Assembly (NCBI GenBank): GCA_963664325.2
Contig: CAXXDQ010000003.1
Location: 1 to 64,000, forward strand
Direction: 5' to 3'
Source of the DNA: Desulfomonilia bacterium
GTDB lineage: Bacteria > Desulfobacterota > Desulfomonilia > UBA1062
Length of the DNA stretch: 64,000 bases
The notes below the pieces were generated by a model that made no database searches, had not been told where the DNA came from, and worked only from the letters and a program-made list of their open reading frames with translations. The translations under genes and the position numbers were made by a program. Below, piece after piece: positions 31,244 through 41,770 of this stretch (positions are counted from its first letter, which is position 1; every line of letters starts with the position of its first letter).

Positions 31244-33049
31244 TCAGTCGGCGTACATGCTTTCTATCTCTTTCTCATATCTCTTGTTGATTATATTGCG
31301 CTTGAGTTTGAGCGTAGGGGTCATCTCATCCGTCTCCTGGGACCATTCTTTGTCGAGGAGCGTGAACTTCTTGATCTTCTCGACCCTGCCCAGATGCTCA
31401 GTGCTCTTTCTGACCTCATCCTCGAAGAGCGCCTTCACTTCAGGCATTGCCAGGAGATCCTTTCTCGGAACCGTCTCTAACCCATGTCCAGCCGCCCATT
31501 TTTTCAATTCGGAAGACGCCGGGACAATGAGTGCGGTCAGATAGTTCCGGTTGTCGCCGATGACTGCAGCCTGCTCGATAAAGGGAGATATCTTCAAGCT
31601 GTTTTCAATGTTCTGCGGAGAGATATTCTTGCCTCCGGATGTAATAATAAGATCTTTTTTACGGTCCGTGATTACAAGGAACCCGTCTTCGTCCCATTTG
31701 CCAACGTCTCCGGTGAGGAACCACCCGTCCCGCATGGAATCCTCTGTCAGGTCAGGCTTGTTGTGGTAGCCCAGGAAGTTGTTCCCCCGGATAAGGATCT
31801 CTCCGTCGGGCGCAAGCTCCACTTCGAATCCGGGCATGGCCTTGCCCACCGTCCCGTAACGGCACTCTTCAAAGGTGGTCATCGTGCCTCCGATTGTCTC
31901 GCTCAGACCATAGAACTCTATTACCTGAATTCCGATACTGTGCACGAACTCACCCATTTCGGCGGATAATGGCGCACCTGCGGAGACGGCGAATTCAAGA
32001 CGGCCGCCCAGGCCGTTTCGGATTTTTCCGAAGACGAGGGCGTCCGCGGCCTTCCATGCGAGGTTAAGCCACAAGGGAAGAGGCTTGTGCGCATTGAGAC
32101 GCTTGCTCCGGCTCCGGCCCGTCTGCATAGCCAGAGCAAAGATAAGACGCTTGATAAATGGACCGTTCGAGGCTGTACCGACTATCCTTGCATGCATCTT
32201 CTCGAATATCCTGGGCACGGCGCAGAAATATGTAGGCCTTACCTCAGCCATGTTCCTGGCCAGGGTATCGATGGACTCGGCCAGGGCCATAGGCACGTTG
32301 CGGAAGATATTGTAATAGTAGCCTGACACACGAGGATAGAAGTGCGATAGGGGAAGGACAAGCAGGCATAGTCCTTTATTGCTGTCGATTCTGATCAGCC
32401 GGTCTATGGAATTCAATACATGACTGATGTTCAGGTGGCTCATCATGCAGCCCTTGGGCGGGCCGGTAGTCCCCGAGGTGTACACGATGGTGGCCAGGTC
32501 GCCCGGCTTCACCTGCTTGCGCCTTTCTGCAATCACACCCGAGAGTTCTGGCAGAGATGCGCGTCCGCTTTCCAGCAGGGCCGCAAATGATACGATATCT
32601 TCATCAGTATCTCCATCGATGACGATTATCTTCGGTCTTTGCCGCGGATCGGGAAACGCGTTTTTGATCTTATCGAGTTGCTCCCTGTTCTCCACGATCA
32701 CAATACCGGCATCGGAGTCGTTTATGATATAAGCGCACTGTTCCGGCGTGTTGGTATGGTAGATGGGCACATTGACCCCGCATGCTGCCATGATGCCGAG
32801 GTCAGCTATTATCCACTCGAGCCGGTTATAGGACAGGATGCAGACTTTATCGCCTGGCCCAAGGCCGAGCTGTACGAAGCCTGCCGCGCAGTATATCACC
32901 ATATCCTTCAGGCCTTGCCAGCTGAGGTCTTCATAAGCCCCGCCTTTCCCCCGTTTATATTTGATTATGGCCCTGTGAGGGTTAGAAGCGGCATAGCAGT
33001 CCATAAGATCAGTAAGAATGAACTCTTCAAATGGTTTTGTCATTGTCAT
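31244..33049 (-). CDS. fadD: Long-chain fatty acid-CoA ligase (AMP-dependent)
   Basis: YTSGTTGPPKG, YGLSET, GWFLTGD, DRKKDLIITSGGKNISPQ. Confidence 0.9.
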   Translation of the reverse strand: MTMTKPFEEFILTDLMDCYAASNPHRAIIKYKRGKGGAYEDLSWQGLKDMVIYCAAGFVQLGLGPGDKVCILSYNRLEWIIADLGIMAACGVNVPIYHTNTPEQCAYIINDSDAGIVIVENREQLDKIKNAFPDPRQRPKIIVIDGDTDEDIVSFAALLESGRASLPELSGVIAERRKQVKPGDLATIVYTSGTTGPPKGCMMSHLNISHVLNSIDRLIRIDSNKGLCLLVLPLSHFYPRVSGYYYNIFRNVPMALAESIDTLARNMAEVRPTYFCAVPRIFEKMHARIVGTASNGPFIKRLIFALAMQTGRSRSKRLNAHKPLPLWLNLAWKAADALVFGKIRNGLGGRLEFAVSAGAPLSAEMGEFVHSIGIQVIEFYGLSETIGGTMTTFEECRYGTVGKAMPGFEVELAPDGEILIRGNNFLGYHNKPDLTEDSMRDGWFLTGDVGKWDEDGFLVITDRKKDLIITSGGKNISPQNIENSLKISPFIEQAAVIGDNRNYLTALIVPASSELKKWAAGHGLETVPRKDLLAMPEVKALFEDEVRKSTEHLGRVEKIKKFTLLDKEWSQETDEMTPTLKLKRNIINKRYEKEIESMYAD

Positions 33050-34296
33050 AGCGAATACCCCTTTCGAGTAAGCAGCATTTCCATGAATGCGTCCGCACGG
33101 GTCTGGAACTGTGCGGTGGAGAAGTTTCTGTCATCCATATGATCGGCATCGATGATGAGAACCGGTACGTCCATCTGTTCAAGCTCCCGTTTTATGTCCA
33201 TCTGGCCAAGCGTGATGGGCACGCATGACTTGTTCCTGTGGAGTATCGCACCATCGATTGAGTATTCGCGGCAGGCCTTCAGGACCATTTCCTTGCGCTT
33301 CTTGACGGACACGCAGGAAACGAGCGGATAAGAAATCAGGGTCTTCCTCGCCAGGGTTTCCATGGGATTGTCCGCATCCAGACGCAGCGACCATGCAGCC
33401 GAGTAGGTCTCAGCCACAACCACCCCGCCCATCTTCTCGAAGTAATTGAAAAGGCCCATGTTGTACCAAAGCGGGATATTGTCCCAGAATAGCCTGACCT
33501 TCTCGTCTTCAAGTATGCCGGTGCCTTGTTCGGATTTCTCTTTCAGTTCGTCCCTCACGCGGGTCAGGTAGTCGACTGCTGTCTGCGTACCCTGCCGTGT
33601 CACCATAACGAACATGATGCCTATCTCCGAGGCGGAGATCGGAGTAGGTATGAAACGCCGGTAGCTCATAATCTCGTCCCAGAGCTCACAGGCCTTGTCG
33701 GAAAGCCTCACGACTTCCTTGAGCCTGTCATAGTCGAGCTTCCGGCCGGTTACTTCTTCGAGGAAATTTACGAGCCGTTTCATTTCGAAAACGGCATAAT
33801 TTATATGGTGATCCTTGATGTTCTCGATGGCGACCTGAGGCATGTCGGCATAAAAGGTCCTGGCCTGAGGAAACCTCCTCATGAGGGCCTGAAAGATTTT
33901 CATGACAGGAGAGCATCCGCCCTGGGGCGGAAGTATTATGTCCGGTTCGGGCAGGCCGCCCAGAGGGTTGTCAGGCCCGCCCATCATGCCGTGAACATAG
34001 CCGATTATATTTCTCAGATAACCGCATAGATCACGCGAATAGCCCATGCCTTCACAGACCTCGAAGTTCTTGCGGGTAAGCCCGAAGGCGGCGCAGACGG
34101 GAGACCAGTTTTCCGGGAAAACAGGCTGCAATCCCATGGCATAAAACAGTTCGATGCCGCCGTTCATCGGAGGCATCCACCCTACAGGTCTTCCTTCCTT
34201 CTTTGCCTCATGACACTCCTGATAGTATTCGGCAATGATAAGCGGAAGCTCCTTGGCGGTTTTCAGTCTTTTCTTTGACTTTGAGCTCTTCTCCAT
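33046..34296 (-). CDS. 2-hydroxyacyl-CoA dehydratase / benzoyl-CoA reductase family subunit (HGD-D), alpha-like
   Basis: PENW, G.SRDLCGY, LPEPD, SC, Q.QTR.DAF.EM. Confidence 0.88.
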   Translation of the reverse strand: MEKSSKSKKRLKTAKELPLIIAEYYQECHEAKKEGRPVGWMPPMNGGIELFYAMGLQPVFPENWSPVCAAFGLTRKNFEVCEGMGYSRDLCGYLRNIIGYVHGMMGGPDNPLGGLPEPDIILPPQGGCSPVMKIFQALMRRFPQARTFYADMPQVAIENIKDHHINYAVFEMKRLVNFLEEVTGRKLDYDRLKEVVRLSDKACELWDEIMSYRRFIPTPISASEIGIMFVMVTRQGTQTAVDYLTRVRDELKEKSEQGTGILEDEKVRLFWDNIPLWYNMGLFNYFEKMGGVVVAETYSAAWSLRLDADNPMETLARKTLISYPLVSCVSVKKRKEMVLKACREYSIDGAILHRNKSCVPITLGQMDIKRELEQMDVPVLIIDADHMDDRNFSTAQFQTRADAFMEMLLTRKGYSL

Positions 34297-34299
34297 ATT

Positions 34300-35412
34300 T
34301 CACCATCCGATCATTTCGAAGAAACCTTCGAGTCTTGTTTTCAATTGACTTTCCATGATCCCGGTTTCATCCAGTTCCACCATGATGGAGGGGATTCCCT
34401 TGTCCTTGAGAGCCTCGTTCAGGAACGGGTAATCACCCAGATGAGGAGTACAGTATTTCTGGAAAATGAAGACAACGGCACGCGCCTTTGAATGCGTTAT
34501 CAGGTCAAGCAACCTGGGGAGTCTTTCTTCAGCGCTTGTCCTCGACGGACAGGGAAAACGGTTCATGAAGCGGTCGATGAGCTGATCCATGGGATCGATT
34601 CCATGCCCGTACGCCGGAACAAAGTTCCTCATTCCCGTGCACAGATCATCCGCCACGACCCAGCCTCCTGATTCCTCTAGAATCCTGAGGACTTTCGTTT
34701 CTTCTATAATGCTGCCGGAAACGAGGATCGGCAGGCCATTACCTGGATCGCAGGTTTCAGGCAAAGCCCCGATCAGTTCCTTAAGCATGGAGAGATAGCG
34801 TTCGGGAGTTGTTATGAAACCCGCCTGGACTATAGTCAGGAAATCTTCTGCGCTGAGGGGCAGCCTGTGCTCGTAGCGAAGCTCATAGAGTTCGGACATG
34901 AGTGTCCGGATTTTCCCGTAGATATCGAGAGAACAAGCCAGACGTTCTAGAGAAAAATCTCCGCCAGCGTGTTTCAGAATTTCTGAAAGATCCTCGAGTC
35001 CTGATCTCAGAAAAGATCTCGATTCAAGCTGATCTACGTAGGGAAGCGGGAGGATATGGAAAAGATCGGCTCCCATATTCGCTTCCCAGATATTGGCGAC
35101 CCCGCAGGCCGCGTCGCATGTGTATCCCTGGACAAGACCGTCCAGACATTTGTAGGAACCGCTCAAACCCCTTTCCACCACCTTTCTCATATATGGACAG
35201 ATAAATTCCGGGATAAGTGTATATGCCTTCTCAATAGTTTCAGTTTCCCCCATTATCCTGACAGGAATGAACCCTGAGGCATGAATCAATTCGACTGGAG
35301 TGTAAGTGCAAAAATAACCGATGAGCCTCTTGCCTTCAGATACAAGGGTCTGCAACTCCTGATCCATGTTCCGAACAATATCATCGAAAGGTTTTGCCAG
35401 ATCGGATATCAT
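34300..35412 (-). CDS. 2-hydroxyacyl-CoA dehydratase family subunit (HGD-D), beta-like
   Basis: GYFCTYTPVELIHA.G, ICPY, TCD, DDLCTG.R, KYCTPH, TRLEGF.EM; start reassigned to 35412. Confidence 0.88.
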   Translation of the reverse strand: MISDLAKPFDDIVRNMDQELQTLVSEGKRLIGYFCTYTPVELIHASGFIPVRIMGETETIEKAYTLIPEFICPYMRKVVERGLSGSYKCLDGLVQGYTCDAACGVANIWEANMGADLFHILPLPYVDQLESRSFLRSGLEDLSEILKHAGGDFSLERLACSLDIYGKIRTLMSELYELRYEHRLPLSAEDFLTIVQAGFITTPERYLSMLKELIGALPETCDPGNGLPILVSGSIIEETKVLRILEESGGWVVADDLCTGMRNFVPAYGHGIDPMDQLIDRFMNRFPCPSRTSAEERLPRLLDLITHSKARAVVFIFQKYCTPHLGDYPFLNEALKDKGIPSIMVELDETGIMESQLKTRLEGFFEMIGW

Positions 35413-35482
35413 GTGTGTCGGTCCCTCCTTCTTTATCGGATGGAAATTAATACTCTGTCTGCCGCCATTGAATGTTTCCCTG

Positions 35483-36682
35483 TCATGACACGCCCACCGC
35501 ATTTATCATCTTGAGATCCAGGATCTCTTTCTCGGTCAATCCCATATGCGTCAATATTTCACGGTTGTGATAGCCGAGAGCCACTCCGCAAGTCGGGGCA
35601 TAGTAATGGCCTGACCTGAACTTGATCGGGTTACCTATCTGCATTACCTTGCCGCCATTACCGGTAGACACTTCGACCACCATGTCCCTTTCGGACAGAG
35701 GCGGGTTAGATATCGCTTCGCTCACGGAATATACCGGCTCGACGCATGCATCGCATGCCATGAATTTCTCGCGCCAGTATGCCAGGGGCTTATCCGCGAT
35801 GATATTCCTGACGCACTCCTTTGCGTTCCAGTTGAGAATCCCAGTCTCGATTATATCTGGACGGCCTATTGTCTCACAGAACACCTTGAAGAACTTTTCC
35901 TCGATCGGTCCTACTGAAAGATATCCTCCGTCGGATGTAGGATAGAAGTCATACAGAGCCCCTCCGCTCAGGAAATCTTCCCGCTGTGGTTCTTGGGCGC
36001 CTGCCAGGTGTCCGGCAATGGTAAACAGCGACATGGAGAAAACACCGTCCGTTATTGATACGTCGATATAGTCGCCTTTCCCCGTATTCATGCGGTTGAT
36101 GCAGGCAGCCAGCACACCTATGACCACATTCTTCGAGCCGCTGGCGATATCCGCTATCTGTATACCAGTTAGCACTGGCCCGGTATCTCTCCGTCCTGAG
36201 ATGGACTCGACGCCTGAAAGCGCCATATAGTTTATGTCATGGCCGGCCCGGCATGAAAACGATCCTGTTTGGCCGTATCCGCTGAGAGAACAGTATATGA
36301 CCGAAGGGTTGATCTTAGAGAGTACCTCGTAGCCGAGACCCAGACGTTCCATGGTGCCGGGCCTGAACTGTTCGATGACGACATCGTATTCAGAAACAAG
36401 CTTGTAAATGATCTCCCGTGCTTCTTTTTTCTTCAGGTTCAGCGACAGTGATTTTTTTCCGCGGTTGAGGTGCGCGTATACTGCGCTCATTTCATCGACA
36501 TATGGAGGGTAAAGCCGCACGATGTCCGGGTTTTCACTGTTCTCCACCTTGATGATGTCCGCACCGAGATCAGAAAGAATCATTGTTCCATACGGCCCGG
36601 GGATCAGGTACGAGAAGTCGAGGATCTTGACATGGGACAAGGGTCCTGGTTTTGCCGGTGTTTCATCCTTTTTCTGAATCAT
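35483..36682 (-). CDS. CaiB/BaiF family III CoA-transferase
   Basis: PGPYGTM.L.DLGA, NRGKKS, EQFRPG.MERLGLGY, GHDINY, IAD. Confidence 0.92.
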   Translation of the reverse strand: MIQKKDETPAKPGPLSHVKILDFSYLIPGPYGTMILSDLGADIIKVENSENPDIVRLYPPYVDEMSAVYAHLNRGKKSLSLNLKKKEAREIIYKLVSEYDVVIEQFRPGTMERLGLGYEVLSKINPSVIYCSLSGYGQTGSFSCRAGHDINYMALSGVESISGRRDTGPVLTGIQIADIASGSKNVVIGVLAACINRMNTGKGDYIDVSITDGVFSMSLFTIAGHLAGAQEPQREDFLSGGALYDFYPTSDGGYLSVGPIEEKFFKVFCETIGRPDIIETGILNWNAKECVRNIIADKPLAYWREKFMACDACVEPVYSVSEAISNPPLSERDMVVEVSTGNGGKVMQIGNPIKFRSGHYYAPTCGVALGYHNREILTHMGLTEKEILDLKMINAVGVS

Positions 36683-36743
36683 CTTATTATCCTTTCTTGT
36701 GATGTGGCAGTACGAGTTGGAAGAATGTAATAGCCTCGCGGCT

Positions 36744-38429
36744 TCATCCGCCCAACACTTTTCTAAGGTCTTTCTTCAGGATCTTGCCGACATTGCTTAG
36801 CGGAAGCTGGTCGAAGAACTCGATCTTCTTCGGTATCTTGTAAGGCGCAAGCCTCTTCTGCAGATAGGATAAGATATCTGCCTTGAGTTCGTCGCTTCCT
36901 TTCACTCCGGGTTTGAGGACAACTGCAGAGGCCACGATTTCTGAGCCCGGTCTCTTCGCATCGGGAAGTCCTACGGTTGCAGCCATGGCGATATCAGGAT
37001 GTTCAACCAGCACTTCGTCCACCACGCGGGTGAACACCTTGAAGCCGGAAACATTCACCATGTCCTTGATCCGGTCCACGATTGAGAGATACCCGTTATC
37101 ATCCATGATACCTACGTCTCCGGTGCGGAACCAGCCCTCTTTGAGCACATTCGCCGTTTCTTCGGGCTGGTTGTGATAGCTTGAAAATACCTGAGGTCCG
37201 GAGACAATGATCTCACCGGGCTCGCCAAAAGGAACCTGTTCGCCCGTATCCGGGTCTACTATCTTTACACCGGTGTCCATGAAAGGGATCCCGACCGAGC
37301 CTACCTTTTTCACTCCGTTGAATGGGGGAGCGGCAATGCACGTAGTGGTTTCTGTCAGACCGTAGGTCTCGATCAGCTTGCCGCCGGTAAGCGTTTCGAA
37401 CTCTTTTATATTCTCGGCAGGGAACGGCGCCGAACCGCTTATGAAATATTTGATTTTACTTAGATCTGCTTTTCTAAACTCCTGAAGCTTCATCATCTCG
37501 AGGTATATGGTCGGTACGGCAAGAATTGCGGAGGGCTTGTAGCGCCTGATGGCCGATACCATGGACCCCATGTCACGCGGGTTCGGCACCATGACATACG
37601 TGCATCCGAGGGCAATGCTCGTCATGGTGATAAAACACCCCGCCATATGGAACATGGGGTACGGACAGACAAGGGTCTCCCCGCCTTTCCTGAAACCGTA
37701 CCAGACCTGGTTCTGGATAATGTGCCTGACCAGGTTTCTGTGGGTCAGCAGGGCTCCCTTTGGATTGCCGGTCGTGCCTCCGGTGTATACCATCACGCAT
37801 GGGCTCGAGGGATCGGCCTTTTTGTTCACGAAATCCTCAGGCTTTCCCTGGATGGATTTCGTAAAGCGTACTACACGGATCCCCGGTACATCACCAACCG
37901 GAGATGTCGGGATTTTCTTCATAAGCAAACCGGGTATCTTCTTGAAAAGAGGGAGATAGTCAGCGATGGAGGTAACCACGATTGTTTTGACTGAAGTTTT
38001 ACCGGCCAGGGGGGCGACTCTGGCGAAAAGGAGGTCGAGGGTGACTATGATCTTGGCGCCGGAATCGTTGAGCTGGTATTCGAGTTCCTCCGGAGTAAGG
38101 AGGGGGCTCACCCCCTGATATATGCATCCCGCTTTCTGTATCCCAACAAGTGAGATATAGCAGGCCGGGATGTTGGGCGTGTGGACGGCGATGAAGTCGC
38201 CGGGAACGGAGCCTTCTCCCACAAGAAAATTTGCAAACTTGCTAGACAATACGTCCAGCTCCCGGAAACTGAACGCCTTTCCCATATAGTGGAACGCCAC
38301 CCTGTCGGGCAGGCTAACAAATGCATCTTTTATAAAATCCTGATAGGAGACGTCCGGATAATCGAGAGATTCAGGGACCTCCCTGTCATAAGATGAAATC
38401 CAAGGCTTACCGGAATAAAAGTCATTCAT
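36744..38429 (-). CDS. Acyl-CoA synthetase (AMP-forming, FadD-like)
   Basis: YTGGTTGNPKG, YGLTET, GWFRTGD, DRIKDMV.VSGFKV, GKILK. Confidence 0.9.
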   Translation of the reverse strand: MNDFYSGKPWISSYDREVPESLDYPDVSYQDFIKDAFVSLPDRVAFHYMGKAFSFRELDVLSSKFANFLVGEGSVPGDFIAVHTPNIPACYISLVGIQKAGCIYQGVSPLLTPEELEYQLNDSGAKIIVTLDLLFARVAPLAGKTSVKTIVVTSIADYLPLFKKIPGLLMKKIPTSPVGDVPGIRVVRFTKSIQGKPEDFVNKKADPSSPCVMVYTGGTTGNPKGALLTHRNLVRHIIQNQVWYGFRKGGETLVCPYPMFHMAGCFITMTSIALGCTYVMVPNPRDMGSMVSAIRRYKPSAILAVPTIYLEMMKLQEFRKADLSKIKYFISGSAPFPAENIKEFETLTGGKLIETYGLTETTTCIAAPPFNGVKKVGSVGIPFMDTGVKIVDPDTGEQVPFGEPGEIIVSGPQVFSSYHNQPEETANVLKEGWFRTGDVGIMDDNGYLSIVDRIKDMVNVSGFKVFTRVVDEVLVEHPDIAMAATVGLPDAKRPGSEIVASAVVLKPGVKGSDELKADILSYLQKRLAPYKIPKKIEFFDQLPLSNVGKILKKDLRKVLGG

Positions 38430-38464
38430 GACTACCCCCAAGCAAAGTTTAAATACACATTGAT

Positions 38465-38478
38465 TATTGTATACAATA
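38465..38478. promoter_or_regulatory. Putative GntR/FadR-family operator
   Basis: Perfect 14-bp palindrome TATTGTATACAATA between the divergent acyl-CoA operon and the GntR gene. Confidence 0.7.
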
Positions 38479-38663
38479 TTCTATTTATGTCAATTTCAAT
38501 ATTTCCTTCCACCTCCAGTTTTTCATTCCAGCGGGTGATATATGCAATCTGAAGGTCTACTTGTTCATTGACAAGAATTCATTTGTACGTATTAATTGCG
38601 CCGATGGCAGAGACGATCAAGAAACACAAACATTCCTGAGATGGAAGGAAAAACACGGTATCT

Positions 38664-39317
38664 ATGAATTTTCGAATATCAGACAGTCTTCCGAATCAAA
38701 TTACGAGATACTTGACCGAGCAGATTGTCAAGGGAGATCTCAAACCGGGTGAATGGATTAGGGAAGTGCACCTTGCCAAGGAACTTGGCGTAAGCCGTAT
38801 CCCTATCAGGGAAGCTCTTCAATCACTCCAGAAAAACAGGTTGGTGGAACTCATTCCCCGTCAAGGTGCGCGGGTCGCCCCCATCTCAAAACAGTATGTT
38901 CGCTGGCTGTATGAACTTCTGCAGGTGCTGTACACCCTTATACTGCGCCAGGTAATACTTTCTTCCGATGAGGACCGGATCAGAAGGCTTGATGCGGCAC
39001 TCGAAAAGATCGAGGGCATCTCCCGTATAAACGACGAGGATGTTTATTACGATATGCGCTTTGAATATGCCATGATCTGCCTAGAAGTCACCGACAACCA
39101 TCTCCTGAAAGAAATCATCACGGATTTAATACCCAGCATTATGAGGATACAGCATATGGCGCTTAAGCAGAGGATCATCAATATTGAGGGTACTTTAATT
39201 CATCTCCGGGAAATCAACGAATCCATTAAGAAAAGGAATGTGAAGCAGGGGCTCAAGGCAGTCAGTGAACTATTGGCAAGCGATATGGAATTTGCACTTA
39301 ATATCATCCAAGATTAA
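38664..39317 (+). CDS. GntR family transcriptional regulator (FCD)
   Basis: G.LKPGE.I.E..LA.ELGVSRIPIREAL. Confidence 0.92.
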   Translation: MNFRISDSLPNQITRYLTEQIVKGDLKPGEWIREVHLAKELGVSRIPIREALQSLQKNRLVELIPRQGARVAPISKQYVRWLYELLQVLYTLILRQVILSSDEDRIRRLDAALEKIEGISRINDEDVYYDMRFEYAMICLEVTDNHLLKEIITDLIPSIMRIQHMALKQRIINIEGTLIHLREINESIKKRNVKQGLKAVSELLASDMEFALNIIQD

Positions 39318-39375
39318 AGTTCTTTTATAGTAGACCTCCCAACTATTTATATTTATTGTTTCGTACCCAACACCC

Positions 39376-39804
39376 TTATTCCAAAGGATTTTTGTATTTC
39401 AGCTTCGGGAATCTTTTAAAATCCTTGTCCGTGGAATACAGCGTGCTGCTGTGTTCGATGGCGAGAGCCGCAAGATGGGCATCAGAAACCAGATTGGCTG
39501 TTGCTTGGCCTGATACAAGCATGTCCGTGAAAACCTCCCAATGTCTTGCCGTCGGATGGATTATCCTGGTGCACGGCTGATCAAACCATCCTGCAACCCT
39601 GTCAATCGCCTCTTTCATCGACAGGGGGTTGTTGAAAACCCTCGGATTTGTGCCGATTCTTATGAATGCATTGATCACTTCCCAGCACAGACATACCGGC
39701 TCGTCTCCTGAAAGAGCCGAACTCCACCATTGAAGGGCTTTTCTGTTTAATGGGCTGCCCGAATTCTCGGCGTAGAGCAGGATATTGGCATCCACAAATA
39801 TCAC
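39376..39804 (-). CDS. vapC: VapC-type PIN ribonuclease toxin
   Basis: DANILLYA, DAHLAALA.EH, STDKDF.RF..L...NPL. Confidence 0.92.
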   Translation of the reverse strand: MIFVDANILLYAENSGSPLNRKALQWWSSALSGDEPVCLCWEVINAFIRIGTNPRVFNNPLSMKEAIDRVAGWFDQPCTRIIHPTARHWEVFTDMLVSGQATANLVSDAHLAALAIEHSSTLYSTDKDFKRFPKLKYKNPLE

Positions 39805-40046
39805 TTGAAGTCCTCGCCTTCTATCCGGCTCAACAATTCCTGGATATTGTCTATAGAGATTCCGGATTTCTGGCCCATGTCCCGGGATTTCATGCGATAG
39901 GTCTTTTGCTTTTGTTTCGACTCGATCAGGGAGAGCCCTTCCCTCATGGCCTCGTTGATTATTGACCTGAAGGGTCTTTTTTTCTTTGCCGCAACGGCCC
40001 TGGCTCTGTCCAGCACGTCCTCGTCTATAACTATTGTCGTTCTCAT
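39801..40046 (-). CDS. vapB: VapB-type (RHH) antitoxin
   Basis: MRTTIVIDEDV..., 4-bp overlap with the toxin gene. Confidence 0.85.
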   Translation of the reverse strand: MRTTIVIDEDVLDRARAVAAKKKRPFRSIINEAMREGLSLIESKQKQKTYRMKSRDMGQKSGISIDNIQELLSRIEGEDFK

Positions 40047-40050
40047 GAAA

Positions 40051-40080
40051 GCATCATAGCATCATAGAAAATGATGTCAA
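40051..40080 (-). promoter_or_regulatory. TA operon promoter/operator (probably leaderless)
   Basis: TTGACA-N16-TATGAT-N6-ATG on the minus strand; overlapping inverted repeat catcat-N5-atgatg (40060-40076). Confidence 0.65.
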
Positions 40081-40084
40081 GGCA

Positions 40085-40747
40085 TCATTCAGCTGGAGAT
40101 CGTATGTACTCAGCGGAGTTATTCGAAGGCGAATTAACAAGAGATGAAACCGGATAGGCTTCCATTTCTTCTGCTGGATAAGGTTTGAGTAGTTTCTCGA
40201 CATCGCCTCTGTCGTGCCCAAGCCATAAATCACAGGAACCGGCAGGCAGGATCACCGGCATCCTTTCGTGTATGTCTGCAACGAGCGGATTCGCAACAGT
40301 GGTGATTATGGTCCCGGAGACTATGGCATTCCCGCCCTGTTCCCAGATGTCCCAGAGCCCTGCAAAGGTGAAGGCCTTGGAGTCCTTCATGTGTATGAAA
40401 TAAGGCTGCTTTGTTTTTCCGTTCCTTTTCCATTCGTAGAATCCTTCGGAAAATATAAGGCAGCGTCTTTCTCTTATGAGTTTTTTAAACGCAGGTTTTT
40501 CAGTAAGTGTCTCTGAACGTGCGTTGAACATTTTATATCCGATCGAGGCGTCTTTAGCCCATGACGGGATGAGCCCCCATCTTATCAGCCGCACCCTGTT
40601 CGAGCCGTCGTTCAGTATGGCAGGAATCGCCTGCGATGGCGCTATGTTGTAGTTTGCGGAGAATTCGATCTCGAGCTGTCCGGTATCGGCCTCGGGCATT
40701 AGACCCTTGATCTTTGAAGGGTCTGTGAAGATAAATCTTCCGCACAT
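40085..40747 (-). CDS. yedK: SOS response-associated peptidase (SRAP/HMCES, abasic-site crosslinking)
   Basis: N-terminal MCGRF, NIAP, NARSET, GFYEW, IHERMPVIL. Confidence 0.95.
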   Translation of the reverse strand: MCGRFIFTDPSKIKGLMPEADTGQLEIEFSANYNIAPSQAIPAILNDGSNRVRLIRWGLIPSWAKDASIGYKMFNARSETLTEKPAFKKLIRERRCLIFSEGFYEWKRNGKTKQPYFIHMKDSKAFTFAGLWDIWEQGGNAIVSGTIITTVANPLVADIHERMPVILPAGSCDLWLGHDRGDVEKLLKPYPAEEMEAYPVSSLVNSPSNNSAEYIRSPAE

Positions 40748-40827
40748 GCCCCATTATTTAATAAAAATGGTTTTAAGCCAAGACTGTATTTGCTATTTTG
40801 TAAACAGCTTCGATCAAGGAGGTTAAA

Positions 40828-41736
40828 ATGAAAAAGCATTCAGGTCTACTTTTGATTTTATGCATGTTTATAATATGTTCCGTTCCTGCTGCGGGAGAGA
40901 CCATACCGGCCGGCTTCAAGGGCAGCTTTGTAGATGTTCAGGGACAGCAGATAAGGGTCTATCAGACGGGCACAGGGCCCGACATCCTGCTCATCCACGG
41001 TCTGCCCGGTTGCATCGAGGACTGGGAAACCGTAATGCCGGGCTTGTCAAAGAATTTCCGTGTAACGGCGTATGACAGACCCGGCCACGGTTTCAGCAGC
41101 GCCAAGAAGCTCCAATACAACATTAAGCAGAATACTGACATTGCCTTTGCATTAATAGAAAAATTAAAGCTCAATAACCCGGTCGTTGTAGGTCATTCAT
41201 ACGGCGGCACCATGGTTGTAGCCATGGCGGAGCGAAACTCATCCAATGTCAAGGCATATGTATCTGTCAGCCCCGTGACTACAGCCGGGGGAAAGCCGGA
41301 TATGATAATAAAAATTCTAAAAACCCCTGTGATAGGCCCTGCCAGCGCATGGCTTGTAAAATTATTCACCGGCTGCAGCATGATACAAAAAGGACTGAAC
41401 GAGGCGTTTGACCCCAATCAAAAAGCCATGATGCAGAGTTCTGTCGATGTAAGGTGCATGATATTCAGCCAGCCGAAAGTGATCAAGACCTTATCGCATG
41501 AAGAGATGACAATGAGGCCGGATGTGAAGAACATGATGCCGCTTTACGGGACTATCAGAAAGCCTCTTTTCATAGTCCACGGAGAAAGCGACAGGGTTGT
41601 TCCTGTTTCGGATGGGATTTTGTTAAACAAGGCCGTCCCTGGCTCAAAGATAACTCTGCTTAAGAACACGGGCCATATGGTTCAGTATGCCAGGCCGTCC
41701 GAACTGATAAAGGTGATTGAAGAGGCGTCCCGATAA
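40828..41736 (+). CDS. Exported alpha/beta hydrolase
   Basis: Signal peptide; LIHG, DRPGHG.S, GHSYGG, HG..D, GH. Confidence 0.9.
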   Translation: MKKHSGLLLILCMFIICSVPAAGETIPAGFKGSFVDVQGQQIRVYQTGTGPDILLIHGLPGCIEDWETVMPGLSKNFRVTAYDRPGHGFSSAKKLQYNIKQNTDIAFALIEKLKLNNPVVVGHSYGGTMVVAMAERNSSNVKAYVSVSPVTTAGGKPDMIIKILKTPVIGPASAWLVKLFTGCSMIQKGLNEAFDPNQKAMMQSSVDVRCMIFSQPKVIKTLSHEEMTMRPDVKNMMPLYGTIRKPLFIVHGESDRVVPVSDGILLNKAVPGSKITLLKNTGHMVQYARPSELIKVIEEASR

Positions 41737-41770
41737 TGTACTGGGAATGATCATAAAAAGAGGAATGACT

